DNA of 64,000 nucleotides from an uncultured Leptospirales bacterium (GCA_964624235.1 CAZUXY010000002.1:35668-99667); one strand, 5' to 3'; counted from the first letter of the stretch, positions 9,721 through 20,495 are shown. Notes: a model not told the origin generated them from the letters alone. Numbers and translations: made by a program.

Positions 9721-12700
9721 GACGGCCGGTCGGAATATTCTTATCGCTGCTCGTCGGCTTTTCAGCGCCGGCCGGCTGTTACAGATCGGGCCCGCCGCCG
9801 GTTCAGTTCAATTATGGTGAGATACTGAAAAAGGCCTTCCGTTTCGAGGGCGAGGGCAGGGCCGTTCCCGTCACCATAGAGCAGTCCATAGAGGTAGACG
9901 GTACCGTCACGAACGACGGCATGTATTTCTTTTTCTCATCCGACCGAGAGAGAGGGAACTTCGATATCTACCTGCGCTCCCTCGCCGACATTACCACCGT
10001 GCGGATCACCTCCCATCCCTCCCGGGACTCTTCCCCCGCAATATCGCCCAGCGGCCGCTACCTGGCCTTCGTTTCCCGGCGGGAAGATCCAGAGGGTGAC
10101 ATTTTCGTGATTAAAGTTGACTGCAGCTCTCTCATAAAAAAAGCCGCGTCTTCGGTGAGCGGCGTCCCACCGCTGGACCCCTCGGCGGTGAACCTGACCA
10201 TGGGCGCCGATCCCGTGACGAAAGCTCCCACGGTGGTCAGGGACGATTCGCCCGCATGGTCCCCCGACAGCCGCATGATCGCCTTTAGCTCCGCCCGCGG
10301 CGGCACGCAGAACATATGGATAATGGAGCGCAGCGGCGCCAACCCGAGAAAGCTTACCACCCGTGGAGGGCTCTACCCCAGGTTCTCACCCGACGGGAAG
10401 AGCATCATATTCATCTCGTACCGCGACGAGGGGAGCAACGGCGACATCTATATCGTTGATGTGGAAAGCGGCCGGGAACGCCAGGTGACCAGGGGACCTT
10501 CCCTGGAGATGAACCCCTCCTTCATGAGAAACGCTTCCGCAATCGTCTATACCCTGATAGACCGCGACACCAGCGGTGACGGTAAACTGGATCTCAAAGA
10601 CAACTCGGTGATCTATTATAAAAACCTTACTGACGGGAGCGAATACCCCCTGACCCTATACTCGGGGTCCTCCTTCAGTCCGCGCTGGGCGCCCCTCTAT
10701 GAAGGCATCGTGGTATATTCTGAACAGGTCGGCAGGAACATAAACATCAACATAATTCCCGAACGCGGCGTCATACCGCTCAGGGAAAGCGCGGCCGCCC
10801 AGTACGATCTGGCGGTAAGGTACCTGAGGGAGTTCGACGACGCGGAACGTTACCTCATGGGACTGGAAAGGGTCTATTTTTTCTTCGGGAAGAAACGCGA
10901 TGTCGAATCACAGGTGCTCTGCGCCAGGGCACTCGCGGACGCGGCGGTTTATTACCGGCAAAAAGGAAATCGCGGTAGTGAGGAACGCATACGCGGGCAC
11001 CTTGCGTTCATGGCGTCGGCGAAAAACGAATACGCCGCCGTGACGCTGCGCTACCTGGACGAGCGGAAAGCACGGGGAAACGGGGCGGCGGCGTTCCTGG
11101 ACTCCCTGTACGCCATGCGCAAAAAGGCCCCCGCGGCTGATATGGTGCCCTACCTGCTGGAAGCGCTGGGGGATGAGTACGCACGTATCGGCAGGCCGGA
11201 GGAAGCGAGCGCCGGTTACCGTGAAATAATAACCTCCCACCCCGGATTCAAAAGGATCATCCATGTAAAATATAAACTCGCGGTATCTGGTCCCGTGGTC
11301 TTAAAGGAAGAAATATCACCCTACCTGCTCCAGGTGCTCAACACTAACATAACTTATCTGCGGAATGATGCAGTGGCGCATGTGCTCAAACTGCTGGAGA
11401 GTGAAAAAGACCTGGGGCGCAGAAGCGCCCTGATAGACCGGATGATGGTAAGGTACCGCAACGTTAAACCCATGCCAGGGTTGCTCCTCTATGCGGCGGG
11501 CAGTGCGACGTACCAGGCGGGCGACCTGAAGACCGCACGGACCCGGCTGCTCGAGGCATTGAAACTGGCCGGCAGGACCGACCTCCTGTCGTACAAGGCC
11601 AATGCCCTCCTGGGGACCATCGCCGAGCGGGAGAGAAATCCCGTTGAGATGGAGAAACACTACGCGGAGGTGGCCAATAATTACCAGACGAACTGGCCCC
11701 TGGGCGAAGCAAAAAAAATCGCCCTGAAACTGGTCGATTACTATGAGGACTACGGGGAGAGGGCGGAATACGCCGGTAATTACCGCGAGGCCGCGGCGCT
11801 GTACAAAAAATACGTCCATATGCTCACCTACCTGCACCTGAGAAAGCGTTTCGAGGACCTGTACAATGAACACGGCGCCCGAGCCCATGTGCTGTATATC
11901 GACGCCGGCGCCGATATGATCGGTGATGATTTTATTAAGCTCCAGGTGATCGAAAAGGAATACCTCAACCGCCTTAATATCGCCCGCATGGATTTCGACA
12001 AGGCCCACCTCTACGGGCTGGGCTATCTCTATGCACGAATGGCCCTGGTGAAGCAGCGGGATGAATCTGAGGGGATCAAGGGGGTGCTGCAATATTTTAA
12101 AATGGGGATCAACCAGCTGGACTGGGCGCTCTTCATCGACGACACCTTTATGGATCCGTACCTGCTCAAGGGATGGATCTACCAGTATGTGGACCTGGTC
12201 AGAAGTGAGGACCTGAAGCTGACCGGCGGCCGCAAGGAAAGAACGATAGAGGATTACTTTCCCCGCCACCTGTGGGAAAATTCCACGGGGCTGTACGAAA
12301 AGGCGCTGGCGACTAATCCCGAAGCCGAGAATCCCGAGACCGAGGGCAATCTGCACCTCAATCTGGCCAATACATACTTTCTGCTGAACAATTATCCCAG
12401 GGCGCTCGAGCATTACCGTCTTACCGCCCGCTATAAACGAAATTACTCTTCTAAAACCGTCGAGGCCTTTTTTCACTACCACTACGGTTACTGCCTGTGG
12501 CAGAGCAACCTGTACGCGGAGTCACGCGACGAAATGAACAAAGCGCTCTTCATTTATCAGATGCTGGGATCGGGGAAAAACCTGAAGCGGTACCGGTATC
12601 AGGTATTTTACCTCTACCGGTTTTTCGCGCTGCTCGCACGCGCCGAAAAGGACCATCGCGCGGCGATAGAATGGTATGTCAGAACGCTGGATTTCGCCCG

Positions 12701-15700
12701 AGCGAACCGTATCCACGTGGACCGCGCGCGTTATCTGCAGGAGATCGCCTCGTGCTACCGGGACCTGGGAGAAGAAGAAACGGCCCTTTCGTATCTGGAC
12801 CGTGCGTGGGCCCTCCTCGGCAAATACAGGGACACCAGGGAACAGTACAAGATGCGATGGAAGGTCCTGGGACTGGGACCCCTGAGGTTCTATGACCTCG
12901 GGCCCGACATCGCGGTCATCGGCGACAACAGGGTCTATACGGAACTGAATACCGCCGACAAACGTCTGCTTAACGTCTCCCTGCAGGAGGAGATCCATCA
13001 TGAAAGGGGCGATTATGCGGGGGCACTGACCTTCCTCCAGAGAAAAAACGAGCTGTTGAAAAAACCGGTCAACCAGACGGAACGTGAGGCCGCGGGGAAA
13101 ACCCTCAACAACATCGGTTTCGCCTGGTTCCGTATGGGTGAGTACCGTTACGCCCGGGAGTATTTTCTCAAGGCATGGGATTACGCGGCGCGGAAGGAGA
13201 TAAACGACCTCAATGGGATATTTGCTTCTATTATTAATCTTACCAATCTGTACGCCTTTCAGCTGGAGTCCGGTGCCGGGGAAAGCGACGCCGCGGCACG
13301 GGAGATAGAAGAACTGGCGTCCAGGGTTATGGCGTACCGCGACGGGTACGAGACCAGCCGTTACCAGAGTGAATTGAAGAGGCTTGAGCAGGAGGCCAGA
13401 ACAAAAAAGAGTACCCTCTCACCGGAGGAACTGTCGTCGCTCAGGGGAAAGATCAGGGAGGATGCCCTGCGGATATATTACTCTCTGGACATTGCGCTGG
13501 GCATACTCAAATTCTATAAGGCCGATACCATGCCGAATGTTCCGCAGGGGAAAGTCGGGACCGGTACGATGGACAGGGCCTATGAAATTTACGCCGACAA
13601 CCGCGACCGCTTCGCATTATACAACGAGGCGAGGATCCGTTTCGAGGCCGCCCTCGTCCAGGCGGGGGAAAGGATTTCAAAACGGCTGAAGGTGAAACTG
13701 CTGCTGAACCTCGCCTCATGCCAGGAACGCATCGGCATGATATCAGAGGCCTATGAAAGCTACGGCGAGGCCGAGAACGACGCCGCCGCGTACGAATACG
13801 GTGAGCTGAAATGGCAGGTGTACGCGGCCGTCGCCGGTTTTCTGCTGAAACACGGTGCTGAGATCGAGGGTAAGGATTACCGTACGGTCGCATGGGAATA
13901 TTACCGCCGCGCACTGCGGGAGATTGAAGTACTGCCGGCATTGTATGCGGCGGACATGCAGAGAATACTGCGCATATATGACGGGTATGCGGGGTTCCTG
14001 ATCGATACGGGAAGGCATAATGAAGCCCTGGAGGTGATGGAAAGGAAGTCCGAAGCGGAACGGATCATGTCCCTGTATCTCCTCGCGCCGGAGTTCCGTT
14101 CGGCCGACGACAACAGGGACTACCGGCGTTTCCGGGAATCGCTCTTCCGCCTAAAGGAATCCGGGCGGCAGGTTTCAGATCTGCTGGAAAGCGGACAGGC
14201 CAGGGATTCCGAAAAGGTCAGGCAGGAAATTGCTAAACTCGATGCGGTGAAAAAAAGCGTCGGAAAACTGGCGGGCGACTTACAGGAAAAACGCCCCCTC
14301 CTGGCTTCATATATGAAGTTTATGGAAGACAGGGTAAAACTCGATCCCGATACCGCGGGTTTTCGTTTTTTCATAAAAGGGGGGAACCTCTACGGCTGGG
14401 CGGTTACCTCGGAGGGAACCGTATTCAGGAACATCGGCGCGTTCGGTTCTGCGGAAAGGGACACCGAAGTTCGTCGTTTTATGGATTCTATTCCCCGAGG
14501 CCGCCGTCTGGTTGTTCTGGATAAGCATTCCGGATCGCTGCTGGGTGCGCTCGCCGTGCGTAATGTACCAACCGCACCACTTTTTGTCCCTTCTCTCGGA
14601 AGGGCCCGCTATCTTAACCGTAACGCAACCCTGGGGATATCCGGCGTATACGCAGACCAGAAAGGTATTATAAACCGGATCGCCGCTCATGAGGCGTTTT
14701 CATCCGTGATCTTCGAGGAGAACGGGCAAAAGAAAACCGGCTCCCTCCTCTATTCACTGATAATCGATGCCGGTGGTGAAAACGTTGCACAACGATTGTT
14801 TCGAGGGGATATGCGTCCGACGGTGCTGGTGAAAGGGGTTACGATGAAGGATATCCGTTCGATGCATATGATGATGGAAGCGTGTATGTACGCTGGGGTT
14901 GATTCCCTCATCATGTTTTCGGGGCTGGATTATGCCGGCATTGCCGGCCTCGTTCAAGAGCTTGCCGGGGTTAAATCGGCCGAAGGTGCGGCCCGTGGAC
15001 TGGTGTTACGATGGGGAGCGCCCGGGTCGGCGAAGATCGCCGGAAAAGGGAAAGATACCGCGTCTGCTGAACGCCTCTATGCTTCCTTCCAGAAGGAATA
15101 TGCCGCGGGAAACCTGCGCGAGGCTGAGATACGTCTGCTCAGATGGAAGACGGCGGCGGGGAATGCGCCCGATGTGGAGTCTCTGTACTGGCTTAAAAAA
15201 TCCGAGATCGAGACGGCAGAGGGACGCCACGACGCGGCCGTGCAGGCGGCGGATAAAGCCCTGGGCCTTTCCGCCACCGGCAGCCCGGGTATTTTTGCCA
15301 ACGCGGTTTCTATGAAGATATCTCTGCTGCTGTGGGAAGGCGACATTACCGCGGCAGATGAACTGATGCGGCGTACGAACACTGCGCTTTCCGGTACGCT
15401 GGATGGTCTGGTATATAACTCGATTGTCAGGATCATGAAGGGCGAATCACAGAAAACCGGTCTTCAGGCCATGGAAGGACTTAAATCGCTGGTCAGCCGG
15501 GACCGTCTGCGTATACTACAGGCTCTGTACCTTTCACTGGCAGGAATGGAGACCGTGGCACGTAATTCCCTGCACGATCTTGCGTTCGACATTCCCCTGA
15601 GTGAGAGGGAACTCTGCGCCGCGGTGTATATGGGGACTACGCCTCCCGGCGGGATACAGTCCCCGCGGGTCAGAGGACTCGCCAAACTTGCACGTCTGGC

Positions 15701-17555
15701 CGAAAACCCGGAACTGCTTAGGCGGGAAGCCGCCCTGCTAGCAGAGAAGGAAGGCGGGTATGACGACAGTTCCCCCTTTATAGTGCTGTCGGCGCTCAGG
15801 ATTATGGTCGACCAGAGCAGGTTCGATCAGGTCGATGCTCTTGTGAATCTGGTCGACCAGGGCGCGCTCTACAAAAAAGGGCACTGGACCGGCGCGGTCC
15901 TGCTGGGGATGTCGCTGGAAACGATCTATCGAGCCGAAGATAAAAGCGGTGATGCCCTCAATACCCTGGGGGCGGTACTGGAAGCGCTCGGGCAGCGTCC
16001 TGTCCCCATGGTACGCAGGGACCTTTTCTACCGTCAGGCGGCTCTTTATGCCTTCATCGACCGTTATTTTGAAGCTTATGAATCGGCACGTGCAGGTGAA
16101 AAACTGCTGATCGCGGGGGACACCGGACTTTCGACCCGGTATGGCCTGCTGCTTGCCGAATGCGAAATCTCGCTTGGTAGATTCGACGATGCGTCGCGAA
16201 GGCTGGACTCGATCGATAAATCCACGCCTGAAGTGGAGTTTGCCTATGCGTTGCACCTGTTAAGGGCCCGTCTTGAGATGGCAAAAATAATCAGGCAGAA
16301 AAAGGCCGAAGAGAGAGACTGGAAAACGGTAGAATCCCTTGTTTTGAAAGGGCTCGAGGCGATCGATCGAAACCCCGAAAGCCTGGTACGTTTCAACAAG
16401 GCATATATGGTGTTCCAGAGTCTTGATTTTCTCATCTCATATAAGATGAGCAGAAAGGACTATCTGACCGCGCTGTTATACGCTGAAATCAGTAAACAGA
16501 TACGAATACGGCTTCGCTTTCCGGAAACATACAGGGATTCGGATATCCCCGACGCAATAAGGACGGAATTTAAAAATATCAGGGACCGACGTGCCGGAGG
16601 GGACCGTTTTGTGCAACTGCTCGATCGGTATCCCGGTCTGATGTCTAATTCTCTGATAGCTTCGCTCCCCGTGGACCGGTTCCAGAAAAAAATTCCCGAA
16701 AACGCGGTGGTGCTTTATTTAACCAGGAACGGGAATGACATTCTTGCATGGGTAATAGACCGCCGGTTCATAGAACCCCTGCGGCTGAAAGACGGATACT
16801 CGAGAGCCGCGTCCGCTTCCGGGGCATACAGGAACGCCCTCGCGACATTTGGAAACACCATAACGGTGTCGAGAGATCTGTATTCGGTTTTTTCCCCCCT
16901 CGAAAGGTTTTACCGGAGTAAAAAAACGGTGATCTTTTGCACCGACAGCCATCTTGAAAGAGTGCCCTTTGAAATTATGGGCGATAAAAACATGCTTGAG
17001 GAGTCCCATTCCGTGGTTTTTCTCAGTTCGATCCTGTCCGGTCTGCGGGAATACCATCATGGTGCAAACCAGGTAGTGCTGGTTGAACCGGAGCGCCCCT
17101 CTATATATGCGGACCTCGAGATCACGGCGATACGCCAGTCGGGGATACCCTTCCGGCATGAAAAGATCATAAGCGGCGACAGGGGGCATGTGCTTTCTCC
17201 CGTATATTATAATCCATTGAAAAATGTGCTCATGGTCAACGGGAAGCCTTACACTGCAATGATGAAGAATGCCCGGACACTGTATTTTTCCGGTTCAGAC
17301 GGTACGGGCATCCTGGGAAACAATGAGCTTGCCCTGTATAATTCCCTCAGGGGAGTGAACGCGATGGTGGTAAACGACGCCGAAATACGCGATGTGAACG
17401 GCGCCGTCTTTGTTGATGGTTTTTACACCGTTCTCAGGACCTCAGGTGATGTTTTAAAAGCCTTTGAAGCCGCAAAAACATCCGTGAGGGGAAAGAGGCG
17501 GTTCAGTTATCCCGCCTATTGGGCCGAAATTCGATTGTACATAAATGGATTGTAA
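9717..17555 (+). CDS. Giant lipoprotein: TolB-like PD40 propeller, TPR array, degenerate CHAT-like module(s)
   Basis: ATG 9717 overlaps the upstream TGA. Signal peptide ending SAPAGC; PD40 repeats (DSSPAISPSGRYLAFVS, DDSPAWSPDSRMIAFSS, LYPRFSPDGKSIIFIS); TPR helices; CHAT hallmarks LERVPFE and YPAYWAEIRLY. Confidence 0.8.
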   Translation: MRRPVGIFLSLLVGFSAPAGCYRSGPPPVQFNYGEILKKAFRFEGEGRAVPVTIEQSIEVDGTVTNDGMYFFFSSDRERGNFDIYLRSLADITTVRITSHPSRDSSPAISPSGRYLAFVSRREDPEGDIFVIKVDCSSLIKKAASSVSGVPPLDPSAVNLTMGADPVTKAPTVVRDDSPAWSPDSRMIAFSSARGGTQNIWIMERSGANPRKLTTRGGLYPRFSPDGKSIIFISYRDEGSNGDIYIVDVESGRERQVTRGPSLEMNPSFMRNASAIVYTLIDRDTSGDGKLDLKDNSVIYYKNLTDGSEYPLTLYSGSSFSPRWAPLYEGIVVYSEQVGRNININIIPERGVIPLRESAAAQYDLAVRYLREFDDAERYLMGLERVYFFFGKKRDVESQVLCARALADAAVYYRQKGNRGSEERIRGHLAFMASAKNEYAAVTLRYLDERKARGNGAAAFLDSLYAMRKKAPAADMVPYLLEALGDEYARIGRPEEASAGYREIITSHPGFKRIIHVKYKLAVSGPVVLKEEISPYLLQVLNTNITYLRNDAVAHVLKLLESEKDLGRRSALIDRMMVRYRNVKPMPGLLLYAAGSATYQAGDLKTARTRLLEALKLAGRTDLLSYKANALLGTIAERERNPVEMEKHYAEVANNYQTNWPLGEAKKIALKLVDYYEDYGERAEYAGNYREAAALYKKYVHMLTYLHLRKRFEDLYNEHGARAHVLYIDAGADMIGDDFIKLQVIEKEYLNRLNIARMDFDKAHLYGLGYLYARMALVKQRDESEGIKGVLQYFKMGINQLDWALFIDDTFMDPYLLKGWIYQYVDLVRSEDLKLTGGRKERTIEDYFPRHLWENSTGLYEKALATNPEAENPETEGNLHLNLANTYFLLNNYPRALEHYRLTARYKRNYSSKTVEAFFHYHYGYCLWQSNLYAESRDEMNKALFIYQMLGSGKNLKRYRYQVFYLYRFFALLARAEKDHRAAIEWYVRTLDFARANRIHVDRARYLQEIASCYRDLGEEETALSYLDRAWALLGKYRDTREQYKMRWKVLGLGPLRFYDLGPDIAVIGDNRVYTELNTADKRLLNVSLQEEIHHERGDYAGALTFLQRKNELLKKPVNQTEREAAGKTLNNIGFAWFRMGEYRYAREYFLKAWDYAARKEINDLNGIFASIINLTNLYAFQLESGAGESDAAAREIEELASRVMAYRDGYETSRYQSELKRLEQEARTKKSTLSPEELSSLRGKIREDALRIYYSLDIALGILKFYKADTMPNVPQGKVGTGTMDRAYEIYADNRDRFALYNEARIRFEAALVQAGERISKRLKVKLLLNLASCQERIGMISEAYESYGEAENDAAAYEYGELKWQVYAAVAGFLLKHGAEIEGKDYRTVAWEYYRRALREIEVLPALYAADMQRILRIYDGYAGFLIDTGRHNEALEVMERKSEAERIMSLYLLAPEFRSADDNRDYRRFRESLFRLKESGRQVSDLLESGQARDSEKVRQEIAKLDAVKKSVGKLAGDLQEKRPLLASYMKFMEDRVKLDPDTAGFRFFIKGGNLYGWAVTSEGTVFRNIGAFGSAERDTEVRRFMDSIPRGRRLVVLDKHSGSLLGALAVRNVPTAPLFVPSLGRARYLNRNATLGISGVYADQKGIINRIAAHEAFSSVIFEENGQKKTGSLLYSLIIDAGGENVAQRLFRGDMRPTVLVKGVTMKDIRSMHMMMEACMYAGVDSLIMFSGLDYAGIAGLVQELAGVKSAEGAARGLVLRWGAPGSAKIAGKGKDTASAERLYASFQKEYAAGNLREAEIRLLRWKTAAGNAPDVESLYWLKKSEIETAEGRHDAAVQAADKALGLSATGSPGIFANAVSMKISLLLWEGDITAADELMRRTNTALSGTLDGLVYNSIVRIMKGESQKTGLQAMEGLKSLVSRDRLRILQALYLSLAGMETVARNSLHDLAFDIPLSERELCAAVYMGTTPPGGIQSPRVRGLAKLARLAENPELLRREAALLAEKEGGYDDSSPFIVLSALRIMVDQSRFDQVDALVNLVDQGALYKKGHWTGAVLLGMSLETIYRAEDKSGDALNTLGAVLEALGQRPVPMVRRDLFYRQAALYAFIDRYFEAYESARAGEKLLIAGDTGLSTRYGLLLAECEISLGRFDDASRRLDSIDKSTPEVEFAYALHLLRARLEMAKIIRQKKAEERDWKTVESLVLKGLEAIDRNPESLVRFNKAYMVFQSLDFLISYKMSRKDYLTALLYAEISKQIRIRLRFPETYRDSDIPDAIRTEFKNIRDRRAGGDRFVQLLDRYPGLMSNSLIASLPVDRFQKKIPENAVVLYLTRNGNDILAWVIDRRFIEPLRLKDGYSRAASASGAYRNALATFGNTITVSRDLYSVFSPLERFYRSKKTVIFCTDSHLERVPFEIMGDKNMLEESHSVVFLSSILSGLREYHHGANQVVLVEPERPSIYADLEITAIRQSGIPFRHEKIISGDRGHVLSPVYYNPLKNVLMVNGKPYTAMMKNARTLYFSGSDGTGILGNNELALYNSLRGVNAMVVNDAEIRDVNGAVFVDGFYTVLRTSGDVLKAFEAAKTSVRGKRRFSYPAYWAEIRLYINGL

Positions 17556-17626
17556 TTGATTTCTTCGATGATGATAATGGTTGCCGTTCAAGCTGGACAC
17601 AGTGCCGTGGGACGGGATACGCGCCG

Positions 17627-18838
17627 ATGAGTGAACCTTTCGATTTCAGAAGAAGAGTTGTGGTTGTTGATGATGATCGCATGGTCAATGACCTTTTATG
17701 TCGCATCCTCAGGGGACACTACGACGTGGAAAGTTATGACTGTGCCGAAAACATGCTGCACGGCACAGATCTCGCCCGGACCGATGTGGTCATTACCGAC
17801 AACCGGTTACCAGGCATGGACGGTTTGCAGCTGCTCAGGGAACTCCAGAAGACAGATTTTCATATTCCTGTTATAGTCATAACCGGTTATGCCGAGCTCG
17901 ATGATGCGATCTCCGCGCTGAAGAGCGGCGCCTTTGATTTCATACTCAAACCCTTCCAGAACGAACAGATCATCGTTTCGGTGCAGAAGGCTCTGGACAG
18001 CAGGGAACTGGTGATGCAGAATATCACCCTGCTGGAACAGCTCAAGATCAAGAACCGGGAACTGGAAAAACTGTATCGTAATATTCAGTCGAGAAACCTG
18101 GAAATAGAAAAGGAACTGGACATAGCGGGGAACCTTCAACGGTGCCTTTTCCCGGTGACATTTCCCGCGATCAAAGGTGTCGACTTCGCGCTGAAATACC
18201 TGCCGGTTGAAAAGATCAGCGGTGATTTTTTTGATTTTATAATCAGGAACGAAAACGAATTTTCCTTTATCTTTGCGGATGTGTCGGGTCACGGCGTGCC
18301 GGCAGCGCTTTATTCGGCCATGGTAAAAACAGCATTGAGTTCTGTGGGAGAGAGGGAGTTTACACCCTCAGGGGCGATTACGGAAATAAACCGGTTTCTC
18401 ATTACTGCACAGAAGACCATGAGCTATAATTACGCCACCGTTTTCTTCGGAACTTTTGATCTTGCGAAAGGGAAACTGGTATATAGTAACGCGGGTATGC
18501 CCGCTCCGGTGCTGCTAAGAAAAAGCGGAGGGGTGGAATACCTCGGACCGAACGGCACATTTGTGGGGATCTTCGAAACGGCCCACTACCGTGACGAGGA
18601 AGTATCCCTGGGGAAAGACGACCGCCTTCTCTTTTACACGGACGGTGTTTTCGAGTGTACCAACCGTGATGATAAGATCATGGGACAGAAGATATTCATC
18701 GACCTGCTTCAACACTATATCGGGGAAGATATCGATACTATAATCGAGTCCCTTTTCGGGGATGTCATTAAATACAGTAAAGACTCGCGGTATACCGACG
18801 ATATAACGCTGCTGGCGATGCACTACCGGGGTCGTTGA
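17627..18838 (+). CDS. Response regulator receiver fused to SpoIIE/PP2C phosphatase (RsbU-like)
   Basis: VVVDDD, ITDNRLPGMDG (acceptor Asp), FILKPF; PP2C motifs SGDFFD, ADVSGHG, YTDGV, DDITL. Start moved to ATG 17627. Confidence 0.92.
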   Translation: MSEPFDFRRRVVVVDDDRMVNDLLCRILRGHYDVESYDCAENMLHGTDLARTDVVITDNRLPGMDGLQLLRELQKTDFHIPVIVITGYAELDDAISALKSGAFDFILKPFQNEQIIVSVQKALDSRELVMQNITLLEQLKIKNRELEKLYRNIQSRNLEIEKELDIAGNLQRCLFPVTFPAIKGVDFALKYLPVEKISGDFFDFIIRNENEFSFIFADVSGHGVPAALYSAMVKTALSSVGEREFTPSGAITEINRFLITAQKTMSYNYATVFFGTFDLAKGKLVYSNAGMPAPVLLRKSGGVEYLGPNGTFVGIFETAHYRDEEVSLGKDDRLLFYTDGVFECTNRDDKIMGQKIFIDLLQHYIGEDIDTIIESLFGDVIKYSKDSRYTDDITLLAMHYRGR

Positions 18839-18989
18839 TTCTGCCGGAAAACCGCGGCATAAAAGTATGACGATCCCTTTTTTTTTGCTTTTATTGCATA
18901 CCAGGGCAGTAAAGAATATATGCCTGAACGATCATAAGGTATCCGGTTCCGGGATACTGTAAAAGAAGAAGTTTACCAGGAGGAAATAT

Positions 18990-20063
18990 ATGAATGTCCT
19001 TAAAACGGCTGCGGGAAAAATGCTGCCGGGCGCTTTTCTGGGATTGGTTTTCATGCTGATTGCCTCCGTTCCATGCCTGGCGCTGGAACTCAGTTTTTTT
19101 ATCGGTGATGTCGGGATAGTGCGAAACGGCAAGGCGATAACGCCTGAATTGAAGTTGATCGTGGCGGCGGGAGATGTGGTTATAACCGGTAAGGGTGGAA
19201 TCGCCGTACTGTCGTACAGTGACGGAAGCGAGATAAAGGTACTGGAGAAAAGCAGGGTCAGGATCGGGAGCCTGGCGGTCAAGGGCTCCGACGACGTATC
19301 GGTAATCACCGGCAACATCAACGCAAAGTTTAAAAAGATGGCAAGGGGGGGTGAACGCAAAGTGTACACGCCGACGACCGTTTGTTCGGTACGCGGCACC
19401 GATTTTCTCGTGGGAGTAAGCGATACGGCCGATTCCAGGATCGACCTTGCCCAGGGGAAAGTCAATGTGCGGAATCCTTACGGTGAGATCCGCCTCAAGG
19501 AAAACCAGAAATCGGAAATAGGCCTCGGCAAGGCGCCGGAAAAAAGCGATACGAAAACACCCATGAACGAATGGAAGGAAGCAGGCGACAGGGAACTGGA
19601 CAGGGATCCCGAAGGCAGGGGCAGAAAGTTTAAGGATTATATGAACACACTGGATAACCGGAGTTCCAAAAATACCGGCGAACTCAACGGGCTGAACCGG
19701 AAACTCAGCGGCAGGCCCTCCAGCAAAAAGGATCTGGAAAAAACAGGTACTGATATCGATAATCTCCAGAACACCGTCGTTGATGATATGTTCCTGTGCG
19801 AGGCGGCCGGATCGTCGATTGATGGAGTGCTCAAACGATTCCAGAAAGACAAGGCTGAAATATACAATACCTATTTAAAGATCAAGGAAGAGTCGAACAA
19901 GGTACTGGAACAGCAGCGCCGTAACTATGAGGCCATTGAAGCGGTGCGGCAGGCGTATCGAAAAGCATATGAGGAAATCATGAAGGGCCACAAGGAACGC
20001 ATGGAAAGGATCAGGGAGGGGATGGACAAAGGCAGCGTAAAACCCGAGATTAAAAAGAAATAA
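18990..20063 (+). CDS. Secreted FecR-domain protein with coiled-coil C-terminus
   Basis: Signal peptide; GDVVITG..G.A.L...DGSEI and TPTTVCSVRGTDF FecR motifs; RBS AGGAGG. Confidence 0.75.
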   Translation: MNVLKTAAGKMLPGAFLGLVFMLIASVPCLALELSFFIGDVGIVRNGKAITPELKLIVAAGDVVITGKGGIAVLSYSDGSEIKVLEKSRVRIGSLAVKGSDDVSVITGNINAKFKKMARGGERKVYTPTTVCSVRGTDFLVGVSDTADSRIDLAQGKVNVRNPYGEIRLKENQKSEIGLGKAPEKSDTKTPMNEWKEAGDRELDRDPEGRGRKFKDYMNTLDNRSSKNTGELNGLNRKLSGRPSSKKDLEKTGTDIDNLQNTVVDDMFLCEAAGSSIDGVLKRFQKDKAEIYNTYLKIKEESNKVLEQQRRNYEAIEAVRQAYRKAYEEIMKGHKERMERIREGMDKGSVKPEIKKK

Positions 20064-20135
20064 GATGCCTGCTTCCCTTCTTCAGCGATATCCCCCTCCC
20101 CGGTCTATACGCCCGTGAGAGAGGGGGATCACCGG

Positions 20136-20495
20136 TCAGGTTAAAGATGGTGCCCTTCTTTTACATTTTCCGTTCACCAGGTTGAATGAAAGATCGATCA
20201 TCGCGATGATCTCCTGTACGGGAATAGTCCCGTCAATCGTGACCGTATTCCAGTGGGTTTTATTCATGTGATAGCCTGGTTGAACCGCGGGGTATTTCCC
20301 GCGCAGTTCCATGGCAAGGAACGGCTCGCATTTAAGGTTGATGCACACCGGCAGTACACCCAGTCTGATCAGGGCATACATTTTGTTGCTGCCGGTTTTC
20401 ATTACCAGCACGTCGCCGCCGAAGGGAAAATCCTCGAAGGAACCGGGTTTGACGGCGCAGTACGCGCGTATACCGGCAAGGTCAAGCATTCTCAT
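20136..20495 (-). CDS. MmcQ/YjbR-family protein
   Basis: EDFPFG, INLKCEP, PGYHMNKTHWNTV; ATGA overlap with the patatin gene stop. Confidence 0.92.
   Translation of the reverse strand: MRMLDLAGIRAYCAVKPGSFEDFPFGGDVLVMKTGSNKMYALIRLGVLPVCINLKCEPFLAMELRGKYPAVQPGYHMNKTHWNTVTIDGTIPVQEIIAMIDLSFNLVNGKCKRRAPSLT

Noticed and set aside
11316-12482. 388-aa antisense ORF, and similar long shadow ORFs at 8395-9180, 40916-41650 and 59897-60568
   Set aside because: All lie opposite well-supported genes, have no recognisable motifs, and are expected in GC-rich coding DNA.
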